From the NCBI GenBank assembly GCA_001899175.1, contig MKVH01000014.1:8907-72906 (forward strand): a DNA stretch of 64,000 nt, read 5' to 3'. The notes beneath the pieces are model-generated. The model had not been told where the DNA came from and ran no database searches. It was given only the letters and a program-made list of their open reading frames with translations. This document shows, one piece after another, positions 47,288 to 57,000 of the stretch (its first letter is position 1; each line of letters opens with the position of its first letter). This stretch comes from Candidatus Kapaibacterium thiocyanatum. Lineage in GTDB: Bacteria; Bacteroidota; Ignavibacteria; Kapaibacteriales; Kapaibacteriaceae. The translations under genes were made by a program, and so were the position numbers.

Positions 47288-47343
47288 GCTCTGATTCTTG
47301 ATGCTGGTGTCGAATGATGTTGGGATGCCGCCGGACCCGCAAT

Positions 47344-47745
47344 TTATGTTCCGGAGGGTACATTTTCCTGAATCAGACCGAGAACTGCGCCGGCGGGATC
47401 CCTGATGACGGCGATCAGCATGTCGCCGATACGGCGAGGTCCGTTGACGACGGCCCCTCCACGCGCATTGACCTTGCGGACGCTTTCGGTCATGTCTGTC
47501 ACGGTGACGTAGATGATCCATTGGGCCGGGATGTCGGCATTCATCCCCCGGGCATGGCACACACCGGTCACGATCTCGTTCGTATCGGGGCGATGCATGT
47601 TGTAGTCGGCGTAGGTCTCCATGTCATGGTCGCTGGCCGTCCAGCCGATGACGTCCTTGTAGAAATCGCGTACTTCTTCGGCGTGGGGAACGGTAAGATC
47701 CTGCCATACGATCCGGCCGGGCGACGACGAGCTTGATTCGGACAT
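47344..47745 (-). CDS. VOC (glyoxalase/bleomycin-resistance) family protein
   Basis: 133 aa, typical VOC size; no closer assignment possible. Confidence 0.6.
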   Translation of the reverse strand: MSESSSSSPGRIVWQDLTVPHAEEVRDFYKDVIGWTASDHDMETYADYNMHRPDTNEIVTGVCHARGMNADIPAQWIIYVTVTDMTESVRKVNARGGAVVNGPRRIGDMLIAVIRDPAGAVLGLIQENVPSGT

Positions 47746-47847
47746 GACACCTCCCTGTGTATGAATGATGAATAGACGATGATACCGTTACAACATACGG
47801 CGAAGGGGCATAGTTCCGCAGGCGGCCTGTTGTCATATCTTGCGAAT

Positions 47848-48819
47848 ATGAACTACACCCGTCTCGGGCGTACAGCCCTCAGCGTAAGCCGACTTTGCCT
47901 CGGCACCATGAACTTCGGTCCGACCACGCCGGAGCGCGAATCCTTCACCATCATGGACCGGGCCCTCGAGTTCGGCATCAACTTCTTCGATACCGCCGAC
48001 GTCTACGGTGGCGAGAAGGGAAAGGGAGCAACGGAAGAGATCATCGGCCGCTGGCTCGCCCAGGGTGATGGGCGTCGTGATCGCATCGTCCTCGCTACGA
48101 AGGTCTACGGTCTTATGAGCGACGTGCCCAATGACCGCGGCCTGTCGGCCTATCACATCAAGCGTGCATGCGAGGCGTCGCTGCGGCGCATGAAGACGGA
48201 TCACATCGATCTTTATCAAATGCACCACGTGGATCGCATGGCGCCATGGGAAGAGATATGGCAGGCCATGGAGCAGCTCGTCCAGGAAGGCAAGGTCACC
48301 TACGTCGGATCGAGCAACTTCGCCGGATGGCATATCGCCCAGGCGAACGAGATCGCATCGAAGCGTCATTTCCTCGGTCTCGTGAGCGAGCAGAGCGTCT
48401 ATTCGTTGCGCAACAGGGCGGTCGAACTGGAAGTGATTCCTGCGGCACGCGCCTACGGTCTGGCCATCCTGCCATGGAGCCCGTTGGCAGGCGGCATGCT
48501 TTGTGGCATCTTCTCCAGCGACGATCATGTGCGCCGTGCCCGGCCCACCCTCCTCGCAGCGGCCGAGAAGCTGCGCCCGAGCGTCGAAGCCTATGAAGCA
48601 CTGTGCAGGGAACTCGGACTCGACTATGCCGACGTCGCACTGGCCTGGGTCCTTTCACGTGAAGGGATCACGTCGCCCATCATCGGACCTCGCACGATGG
48701 CCCAGCTCGAGGCGAACGTCAGGGCCGCCGATATCGTGCTCGACGAAGTGACGTTGAAGCGTCTGGACGAGATCTGGCCCGGACCGGGCGGGGCCGCGCC
48801 GGAAGCCTATGCCTGGTGA
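47848..48819 (+). CDS. Aldo/keto reductase
   Basis: MNYTRLGRTALSVSRLCLGTMNFG…FFDTADVYG… is the AKR N-terminal signature. Confidence 0.85.
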   Translation: MNYTRLGRTALSVSRLCLGTMNFGPTTPERESFTIMDRALEFGINFFDTADVYGGEKGKGATEEIIGRWLAQGDGRRDRIVLATKVYGLMSDVPNDRGLSAYHIKRACEASLRRMKTDHIDLYQMHHVDRMAPWEEIWQAMEQLVQEGKVTYVGSSNFAGWHIAQANEIASKRHFLGLVSEQSVYSLRNRAVELEVIPAARAYGLAILPWSPLAGGMLCGIFSSDDHVRRARPTLLAAAEKLRPSVEAYEALCRELGLDYADVALAWVLSREGITSPIIGPRTMAQLEANVRAADIVLDEVTLKRLDEIWPGPGGAAPEAYAW

Positions 48820-48821
48820 TT

Positions 48822-50291
48822 CTAGAGGCGGATCCGCATCAGGCCTACGCAGAGGGAGAGGACGGGACGCTTCGTCGTGAACAGCGTGATGATGTCGCGC
48901 GACGAAAGTCCGAGCTCCCATACGCCGCCGAAGAGCGATGCCATGGCGCCGATGGGGATGAAGGTTCCCATGTTACCTCCGCCTCCGAAGCCCGTGCTCA
49001 CGCGCAGCCATATCAGCGGACGCCAGTCCACGCCGCCTGAGACGATCGGTTCGCCGAGCGATCCTGCGGCACGGTTGAATGGCACGACGGCGTCGATGCC
49101 GAAGCGCCAGCGCGAAGTATGATAGTAGGAGATGCCGCCGCGTATGCGGCTGGCCAGTTCCGATGTCGCCGTCGACAGGCCATTCCAACTGAAGAAGTTG
49201 CCTTCACCCGTGATCTTCGGTGCTTCCTCGAAGATGTTGTAGTTGTTGAAGCCCGTACTCGATACGCCGTTCAGGATCGTATCCTTCGCGATGAAGACGT
49301 TGCCGTCCCATCGCATGGCACCGAGATCCACCACCGATGCGGAGATCGTCCACTTCAGCCCGATCTCCGCGGTGAGGCCGATGTCGAGTCCCCATCCGTT
49401 TCCGACGCTGCGGAAGTCCTTGCCGGGAATGAAGGAGGGCGAGACCGCCTTACCGTAGCTGATACCGAAGACAGGACTGAGGGAAGAGCGTGCCATCAGC
49501 TGGTGGTCGCGCACTTCCGCGTCCATGTACGCATAGCCCATCAGATACTTGGCAGTTGCACCCGCATAGAGACGGAATCCCGGCACGTCGAGGATCTTGA
49601 GACCATACGAAAGCCCGAGCTCACGATACCACGTCATCGCCAGACGCGTGCCTTCGAACAACTGGGCATATGTCTGCGGATTGCGGGCATAGCCAACGGT
49701 ATCGCCCTTGTAGTTGACGCTGGTGGAATCGAAGTAGTCGTAGTACCTTCCTTCGAATGCCAGGCGGGATGCCGATTCATTGAAGATGAAGGTGCCTGAT
49801 ACACGTTCGTGCACGGTCAGGGCCAGGCCACCCCACTTGTCGGACTGATAAGAGATGGCTACCGGGATGATGTCGGCGCTGAATCGCAGGCCGTTGTCGG
49901 CGAAGGCACGTGCGGCCGCGAGCTTCTGTTCCGGTGTGAAGTCGAACGACGAGCTCTGGAAGACGGCATCCCAGAGGTCTCCGCGTTTCAATGCATCGGA
50001 ATGCGTTGCGAAGCCACCTTCGGCGACGGTGAACGACCAGTTACGCTTCGCCCGGTCCATGCCCCCATCGATGGGCGAACCCATGATGTAGACGTCGAAC
50101 TCGGGTACGAAGCCAAGATTGGCCGGATTGATACCGACACATTGATAGTCGCTCGCCGTGGCTGTCAGGAATGCCCCGAAGCCTATGCGGGAATAGTCGG
50201 CCGCTTCGGTCTGCGCATGCAGCGTGTTCACGCCGACGACGACACAGACGCATGCGACGACGCGCCACAGCATTCGTGAGCGAACCATCAT
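48822..50291 (-). CDS. Outer-membrane beta-barrel-like protein, unknown family
   Basis: Signal peptide MMVRSRMLWRVVACVCVVVGVNTLHA|QT. Aromatic/Gly-rich amphipathic beta-strand composition. Its start overlaps the downstream Gfo gene stop. Confidence 0.5.
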   Translation of the reverse strand: MMVRSRMLWRVVACVCVVVGVNTLHAQTEAADYSRIGFGAFLTATASDYQCVGINPANLGFVPEFDVYIMGSPIDGGMDRAKRNWSFTVAEGGFATHSDALKRGDLWDAVFQSSSFDFTPEQKLAAARAFADNGLRFSADIIPVAISYQSDKWGGLALTVHERVSGTFIFNESASRLAFEGRYYDYFDSTSVNYKGDTVGYARNPQTYAQLFEGTRLAMTWYRELGLSYGLKILDVPGFRLYAGATAKYLMGYAYMDAEVRDHQLMARSSLSPVFGISYGKAVSPSFIPGKDFRSVGNGWGLDIGLTAEIGLKWTISASVVDLGAMRWDGNVFIAKDTILNGVSSTGFNNYNIFEEAPKITGEGNFFSWNGLSTATSELASRIRGGISYYHTSRWRFGIDAVVPFNRAAGSLGEPIVSGGVDWRPLIWLRVSTGFGGGGNMGTFIPIGAMASLFGGVWELGLSSRDIITLFTTKRPVLSLCVGLMRIRL

Positions 50292-51250
50292 GACGTCATT
50301 CTGTCGATCAACTCCGCGATGCGCACGGCCTCCGTGGCTTCCCGTGCCGTGACGGCGATATCGGCGCCGTGCGTGATGCTATCGAGAAAGGCGCGTTGTT
50401 CCTCGGCGATGGCATTGACGGGCGGAACCGGCGGTGTGTCGAAGACGATCATGCGATCTCCATGCTGCGTGCTGAGCGTGCCCAATGGTATCTGATGCGA
50501 CGGATCGAGTGCCGTACCGTCGATCAGCCGATACAGTTCCAGGCCGGGTGCTGCGAGGTCGAGCGAGATATAGCTGTCGCGCTGGAAGACGCGCATCTTG
50601 CGCATCGGCTTGGCCGTGATGCGCGAGGCCGTGAGGTTGGCCACGCAGCCGTTCGCGAAGGTGATACGTGCATTGCAGATGTCGGGCGTATCCGTGAGGA
50701 CGGCCACGCCCGTAGCGTCGACCTTGGTGACTTCGCTGCCGGTGAGCCAGAGAATGAGATCGATGTCGTGGATCATGAGGTCGTGCACGACGCTCACGTC
50801 GATGGCCCGTGGCTTGAACGGTGCGAGACGGTGTGCTTCGATGAACAGCGGCTGGACGTCCACATGTGCCAGTGCGCGAACGGCAGGATTGAACCGCTCC
50901 ACGTGGCCTACCTGAACCACCCTTCCGACGCGTTCCGCTGCGGCGAGAACGTCGAGTGCTTCGGTATGGGTGGCCGTGATCGGTTTCTCGATGAAGCAAT
51001 GCATGCCCCGTTCCAGGACGTCGAGAGCGAGGCGGTGATGCAAGGATGTCGGTGCCGCGATCGTGACGGCGTCGACGTCCGGCATGGCCTCGAGGGAAGG
51101 ATACCATGCTGCGCCGTGTTCTGCGGCTACTGCCCGGCCCTTCGTTTCGTCGGGGTCGACGATGCTGGCGAGCGTGACGCCTTCCTGCTGTGCCCAGAGG
51201 CGGGCATGAATCGTTCCGAGATGTCCTGTGCCGATGACTGCGATGTTCAT
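50288..51250 (-). CDS. Gfo/Idh/MocA-family NAD(P)-dependent oxidoreductase
   Basis: MNIAVIGTGHLGTIHARLW…VDAVTIAAPTSLHHRLALDVLERGMHCFIEKPI. Confidence 0.85.
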   Translation of the reverse strand: MNIAVIGTGHLGTIHARLWAQQEGVTLASIVDPDETKGRAVAAEHGAAWYPSLEAMPDVDAVTIAAPTSLHHRLALDVLERGMHCFIEKPITATHTEALDVLAAAERVGRVVQVGHVERFNPAVRALAHVDVQPLFIEAHRLAPFKPRAIDVSVVHDLMIHDIDLILWLTGSEVTKVDATGVAVLTDTPDICNARITFANGCVANLTASRITAKPMRKMRVFQRDSYISLDLAAPGLELYRLIDGTALDPSHQIPLGTLSTQHGDRMIVFDTPPVPPVNAIAEEQRAFLDSITHGADIAVTAREATEAVRIAELIDRMTS

Positions 51251-51271
51251 GGAGCTGATGGATGTTGACGT

Positions 51272-51292
51272 TGTTACCGACTCTGTTACCGA
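51272..51292. promoter_or_regulatory. Tandem direct repeat GTTACCGAC(n3)GTTACCGAC in the xerD / Gfo-Idh-MocA intergenic region
   Basis: …TTGACGTT GTTACCGAC TCT GTTACCGAC TTTTCGG…. Spacing is 12 bp. The repeats lie 22-42 bp upstream of the minus-strand oxidoreductase start. A related GGTTACCGACT occurs at 62643-62653 upstream of the SBP gene. Confidence 0.3.
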
Positions 51293-52185
51293 CTTTTCGG
51301 GTGTGCGTTCTTGTAGGCTTCCTTCAGCCGCTCCACGCTGACGTGGGTGTAGACCTGCGTCGTCGACAGCGACGAATGGCCGAGCATCTCGCTGACCGCC
51401 GTCAGGTCGGCCCCGTTATCCAGCAGGTGTGTGGCGAAGGTATGACGGAGGATGTGAGGACTTTTCCGTTGTGCTTCCGTAACGGGGCCGAGAACCCTGT
51501 TCACGATGCGCCATGCGCTGTTCGGAGTGAGGCGGCCGCCTCTGTCTCCGAGGAACAGTGCGGACTCGTCGCTCGCAGGGGAGAACGAGGCACGCAGTAC
51601 CTCGTAGGCCGAGATGGCATCGACGGCGGCGACGGTCACCGGGACGATGCGTTCCTTATTGCGTTTGCCCAGGACCCGGACCGTACGCGACGACATGTCG
51701 ATGTCGCCCAGGTTCAGTTGCAGGGCCTCGCTGATACGGAGGCCTGAACCGTAGAGAAGTTCGCACAGTGCCTTGTTGCGCGCTCCCTTCGGCGTGGAAA
51801 CGTCGAAGGACGCATACAGTGCGGTCGTCTCGTGTTCCTGGAGGAAGGAGGGCAGCTTGCGGTCGATCTTCGGGCTGGCGACGAGAGCTGCGGGATTGCG
51901 CGTGAGATCGCCGCTCCGCACGAAGAAGCGGAAGAGCGCCTTCACGGCGGCGAGCTTCATCCGAAGCGAGCGTTTGGCAAGGTTCCTGTCGTGCAGCCAG
52001 CCCAGGAACGGCCTGATATCCGCTTCGGTCAGGTCCTCGATCGCAGGTTCCGCTCCCCACGTCTCCGTGATATAGGCGGAGAACTGTTCCAGGGCCGTTC
52101 TGTAGGCGGTGACGGTATGGTCGCTCGCGCCTTTTTCGATCTCGAGGGCAGATAAAAAGGTCCGTATTCCTTCGGGAAGCTGCAT
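51286..52185 (-). CDS. xerD: Tyrosine recombinase XerC/XerD family
   Basis: 299 aa. An N-terminal core-binding domain is followed by a catalytic region …HILRHTFATHLLDNGADLTAVSEMLGHSSLSTTQVYTHV… (R..H..R..Y). Confidence 0.85.
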   Translation of the reverse strand: MQLPEGIRTFLSALEIEKGASDHTVTAYRTALEQFSAYITETWGAEPAIEDLTEADIRPFLGWLHDRNLAKRSLRMKLAAVKALFRFFVRSGDLTRNPAALVASPKIDRKLPSFLQEHETTALYASFDVSTPKGARNKALCELLYGSGLRISEALQLNLGDIDMSSRTVRVLGKRNKERIVPVTVAAVDAISAYEVLRASFSPASDESALFLGDRGGRLTPNSAWRIVNRVLGPVTEAQRKSPHILRHTFATHLLDNGADLTAVSEMLGHSSLSTTQVYTHVSVERLKEAYKNAHPKSR

Positions 52186-52227
52186 CTCACAATATCCGTA
52201 AATTGGACGACTATTAAGCCGTTACGC

Positions 52228-53670
52228 ATGAAAGACATCCTTCATTACATCAATGGTTCCCTCGTTCCGTCGGCCGACGGAACGTGGCTCGATGGCGTGA
52301 ATCCCGCCACGGGCGACGTCTATGCCCGTGTGGCACGTGGGAGCAGGACCGACGTCGAGCGCGCAGTCGATGCCGCCCGCGCGGCATTTCCGCATTGGTC
52401 GGGCATGACGGCCCGCCAGCGGTCGGCCATCATGATGGCCATATCACGGAAGATCGGCGAGAATCTGGAAGAGCTGGCGCTGGCGGAAACCAACGATCAG
52501 GGGAAGCCGTTATGGCTGGCCAGGACGGTAGACATTCCCCGTGCGGTGGACAACATGGCGTTCTTCGCCACGGAGATCCTGCATACGGAGACGTCGACGC
52601 ACCTCACCGACAAGCACACGCTGAACTACACGGTTCGGCAGCCGCTCGGCGTGGTGGGCTGCATCTCTCCGTGGAATCTTCCGCTTTACCTGTTTACGTG
52701 GAAGATCGCTCCGGCCCTGGCGGCCGGTAACTGCGTGGTTGCCAAGCCCTCCGAACTCACGCCGATGACCGCCTGTCTGCTCGCCGGGATCTGCATCGAA
52801 GCGGGGTTGCCGCCCGGCGTCCTCAACATCGTCCATGGTCTCGGACCGGAAGCCGGTGCGGCCATCGTCGATCACCCTGCGGTCAAGGCCATCTCCTTCA
52901 CGGGAGGAACGTCGACCGGGCGTGCGATCGCGGCCACTGCTGCGCCCATGTTCAAGAAGATGTCGCTCGAGCTCGGAGGAAAGAATCCGACCATCGTCTT
53001 CGCCGACGTGGACATCGCCCATACGGCCCGCAACGTGGCCCGGGCGGCCTTCACCAACCAGGGCGAGATATGCCTCTGCGGTTCGCGGATCTTCGTCGAA
53101 CGATCGATCTACGACACCTTCCGGCAGGCCCTGATCTCCGAGACGGCCCGCTTCGTCGTCGGTGATCCACTCGACGAAGCCACGAAGACCGGGGCGCTGG
53201 TCAGCCGCGACCATATGGAGAAGGTACTCTCCTATATCCAGCTCGCCAGGGAAGAGGGTGGAACCGTACTCTGCGGTGGAGAGCGGGTGATTCCGGACGG
53301 ACGATGCGCCGGCGGCTTCTTTGTGGCACCCACATTGATAGAGGGATTGGATCCATTCTGCCGTGTCAATCAGGAAGAGATATTCGGTCCCGTCGCAACG
53401 CTGATTCCGTTCGACAGCGAGGACGACGTGATCACGTGGGCGAATTCCACGCCGTATGGTCTTGCGGCGTCGGTATGGACGAATACGCTGGCCCGCGCAC
53501 ATCGTGTGGCGCATGCCCTGGAAAGCGGTATCGTATGGATCAATTGCTGGCTCGTCCGTGACCTGCGTACGCCCTTCGGCGGCGTCAAGCAGAGCGGTGT
53601 GGGCCGTGAAGGCGGAGTCGAAGCGCTCCGCTTCTTTACCGAACCGAAAAACATCTGTCTGCAGATATGA
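52228..53670 (+). CDS. Aldehyde dehydrogenase of the 2-hydroxymuconic / 2-aminomuconic semialdehyde dehydrogenase family
   Basis: Near end-to-end similarity by eye to XylG/DmpC. [44 protein letters not shown] matches [50 protein letters not shown], catalytic Cys (QGEICLC) and the C-terminal …[11 protein letters not shown] versus …YTELKNICVKL also match. Confidence 0.85.
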   Translation: [480 protein letters not shown]

Positions 53671-54089
53671 ACGAACCCGTCATCATCAATTCCGGGCGTG
53701 CACCGGAACCCGTGGGCGCCTATCCTCATGCCCGACGCGTCGGCAACCTCCTTTTCCTGAGCGGAGTGGGGCCACGCGAGCGTGGTACGAAGGTCATTCC
53801 CGGTGTCGATCTCGGGGACGACGGCTCGATACGGAGCTATGACATCGAGGCCCAGACCTTGAGCGTTTTCCGTAATGTGCGTGCCATCCTCGAGGATGCG
53901 GGGAGCGCATGGGAGAACATCGTCGACGTGACCGTGTTCCTCACGGACATGAAGAGGGATTTCCCCATCTTCAACGGACTCTATGCCGAGCATTTTACGC
54001 ATGTCCAGGCATGCCGGACGACGATCGAGATCGGCGCACTGCCGACGCCGATCGCCGTCGAACTCAAAGTGATTGCCACCATCGACTGA
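53667..54089 (+). CDS. RidA/YjgF family deaminase
   Basis: 140 aa. MNEPVIINSGRAPEPVGAYPHARRVGNLLFLSG… and the C-terminal …RTTIEIGALPTPIAVELKVIA are RidA hallmarks. Its ATG overlaps the ALDH stop (ATGA). Confidence 0.8.
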   Translation: MNEPVIINSGRAPEPVGAYPHARRVGNLLFLSGVGPRERGTKVIPGVDLGDDGSIRSYDIEAQTLSVFRNVRAILEDAGSAWENIVDVTVFLTDMKRDFPIFNGLYAEHFTHVQACRTTIEIGALPTPIAVELKVIATID

Positions 54090-54094
54090 CGGAC

Positions 54095-57000
54095 ATGACC
54101 AACTTCCTTTGTGCCCTTGTACTGACCCTCTCTGCCGTCGGTGCACTCGCGCAGCCACAGTTGTCCTACATCATTCCAGATATAGGAACGACGAGATTCG
54201 GTACCTATGTCGAATTCATCGGCCCGGCCAATCGTAACGGTAACTTCGGTACCGACGGTATCTATCTCAACAATCCGGGAGATGCGGTCCGCATCCGGTG
54301 CGTGAACGATGGAGATACGCTGAAGGTCAAGTTCGGACCGGCCGTCGTGAGCTGGAGCGGCCGTATGGTATCGTCCCACATCTACGTGCTGCCGACGATC
54401 GTACCGAATTCATCGGACTGGCGTCAGCTCGATGCTGCCTATCGCATTCCGATCGTCGTGGAAGTCAACGGTCAGCGTTCCAATCCCGATACCTTCTACA
54501 TCGTACGTCCGTTCTCGTTCGGTGACAAGCGCGCATCCGCCGATCGCATCATCGGCGAGGGGGCTCTCGGACAGCGTTCGCGTCGTGGAGCCATGCTCAT
54601 CGACAGTGCGCTGCTGGCTTCCGGCGCGCCCTATACGATTTCGATGCTCGACCCCGATACGCAGACGCCGGGTAATCAGGCCTTCCTGCCCTTCGTCCTG
54701 CTCGCCGTGGGCAACATCACGGGTGCCCCGACGGGTACGGAAATACGTGCCGATGCCAGCGGGCCCAATGGCGGTCCGGGCGGCGGCGGCGGCGGCGGGG
54801 GGTACGGTAACGCACCGTTGTTGGGTCCTGGCCAGCAAGGTACCGCCGGTGGAAACGGATATACGGGTGGTGGTCCTGGCGGACGCAATAACAGCGGCGT
54901 CAACGGCAGCAACAGCAAGCGTAAACCCGGTATCGGTTCCGGTGAGGACCTTCCGGAAGCCGGTCCCAACACGGTCGGCAGCAAATCATTGAACGGCACG
55001 AGTGGCGGCGATTCCGGTCCCGCCTACGAGAATGCGGGTGGCGGCACGGGGCATCCGTTCGGACAGAGCGGCCTCGCCTGCGATGCCCGTACGAGCTGCG
55101 ATCCTGCGGGACAGGCGGGCGGCGGTAGCGGACATCGCGATGGTCGGCGTGGTGGTGCCGGTGGTTTCGGTACCGACGGCGGTAGCGACAACGGTGCGAA
55201 CAACGGCGGCAAGACGCACGGTAACGTCAGCCTTATCCCTCTCGCAGGTGGAAGCGGTGGCGCCAGCGGAAATCCTGCGACGCTCGGAGACGTCTCGAGT
55301 CCCGGCGGCGGTGGTGGTGGTGGCGTATCGATCCACGCACAGCGTCTGGCCCTGTTCGATGTCTATTCGCTCGGTGCGGCAACATCGCGCCAGGACGTAC
55401 TCGCAGGATCGGGATCCGGCGGTGGAATCATCCTCGGTACGCGTCTCGACAACGCCGGTATCGGATTCACGAGCGGCCAGGCCTATGCACCCGACGTCAC
55501 CGGCTTCCTGACCGGTGGCCGTGGCCGTACCCGTTACGACGCACGTGTATCGGTGTCCAATACCTACTATGTAGGGCCTCTGACCGATACGATGATGAAT
55601 TCGCTGCGCGTGATCCGTCTTACGGGATGGGGGAACGGCAGCGATCTCCAGATCTATACGAAGGGCGAGCATGGTCCGTGGATCGCCGGTCCCCGCGTAA
55701 GCGGATACAGCGGCACGTGGAATGCTTCCTTCACGTTGCCCGGTACGGATACGCTCTACTTCATCAGCGTCGCCCAGAACGTTCCGCTGCCGAAGCGCAG
55801 CACCTACGAACACGATCCCGACTGGGTATTGTCCCAGTCGTCATGGAACATCGTCCGTATCTACGGCCCGCCCGTCATCGACGCTGCGACATCCGTGAAC
55901 ATGGGTCGCCATCAATGTTCGGGTGACGTGCTGCTCGATACGCTCGTCGTACACAACAGGGGCGAATCTCCGCTCGACATTTCCGGTCTGACCTGGCAGA
56001 ACAACAACGGATTCCGCGTCATCAGTCCTTCGTCACTTTCGCAGACGATCCAGCCCTTCGATTCGATGGACGTCATCGTCGAGTTCTCGCCGCTGGCCGG
56101 ACAGAATGGCGCCATCAGCGACATACTCAGCATCGTAAGCAACGATACGAATGCGACGCGCTCGACGTATCGTGTGACCTATACGGCCGACGTCCAGAAG
56201 GTCGATCTCACCTATCGCTGGAGCGGTAGCATCATCGATACCCTCGATCTCGGCGTGCGCTGCCTGGGGGCGGGAATCAGCGAGAACGTCGACGTCACCA
56301 ACAGCGGTACGCTCACCACGACCATCCTTCAGGTCTCATCGTCCAATCCGAACGTCGTCAATGCATCGACGAACGGACCGCTCGCACTGACGGTAGGCAG
56401 TACCGGTACGATCTTCCTCACGGGTGTCGTGCGGCAGACGGGCAGTGCTCTCATTCCCGTTCTCGTGCGCGTGGCCGAATGTCCGAATCCGGATACGCTC
56501 TGGGTCCGGTTCGAAGGTGTCGATGCCAACCTCACCGTCGTGGGGACCGGTCAGTTCGGTACCATTCGCGTCGGTGCATCGCGTCAGATCCTCATCGAAC
56601 TCCGTAACGACGGTGCGAGCGATCAGATGGTCGTGCCTCCGCCCGCCGTTCCATCGCCATTCCGCATCGTGGGCATGCAGCCCATGCTTCCAGCACTGCT
56701 GAAGCCTGGTACGTCGGTCATCATCACGTTCGAGTATGCGCCGCTGGCGGTCGGATCGCATACGACGGAAGTACGTTTCGTCACGTCGGCCGGTGGCCGC
56801 CAGTGCAGCGACACCGCCATCGTCGTCCTTGCCGGCACGGCCGTGCAGGCGAGCCTCGAACTGTCGAAGGAAGCGCTGATCATGGACCCCGTACCGCTCT
56901 GCTCGCGTGGAAGCGACAGCGTGACGATCACCAATCGTGGTACGGCCAGTATCCGGTTGCTCTATCCTGCATTTGTCAACGGTCCCGACGCGGCATCGTT

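Noticed and set aside
51286-52185. Tyrosine recombinase as a possible integrase marking a mobile element
   Set aside because: Its length and motifs fit housekeeping XerC/XerD. No phage or transposon genes, att-like long direct repeats or tRNA lie nearby. It is flanked by ordinary metabolic genes.
54781-54802. G6 homopolymer/(GGC)5 tract inside the giant cargo gene as a phase-variation switch
   Set aside because: The tract is short (6 G) and lies in a Gly-coding repeat where in-frame length change is more likely than an on/off frameshift. It is kept only as a length-polymorphism remark.
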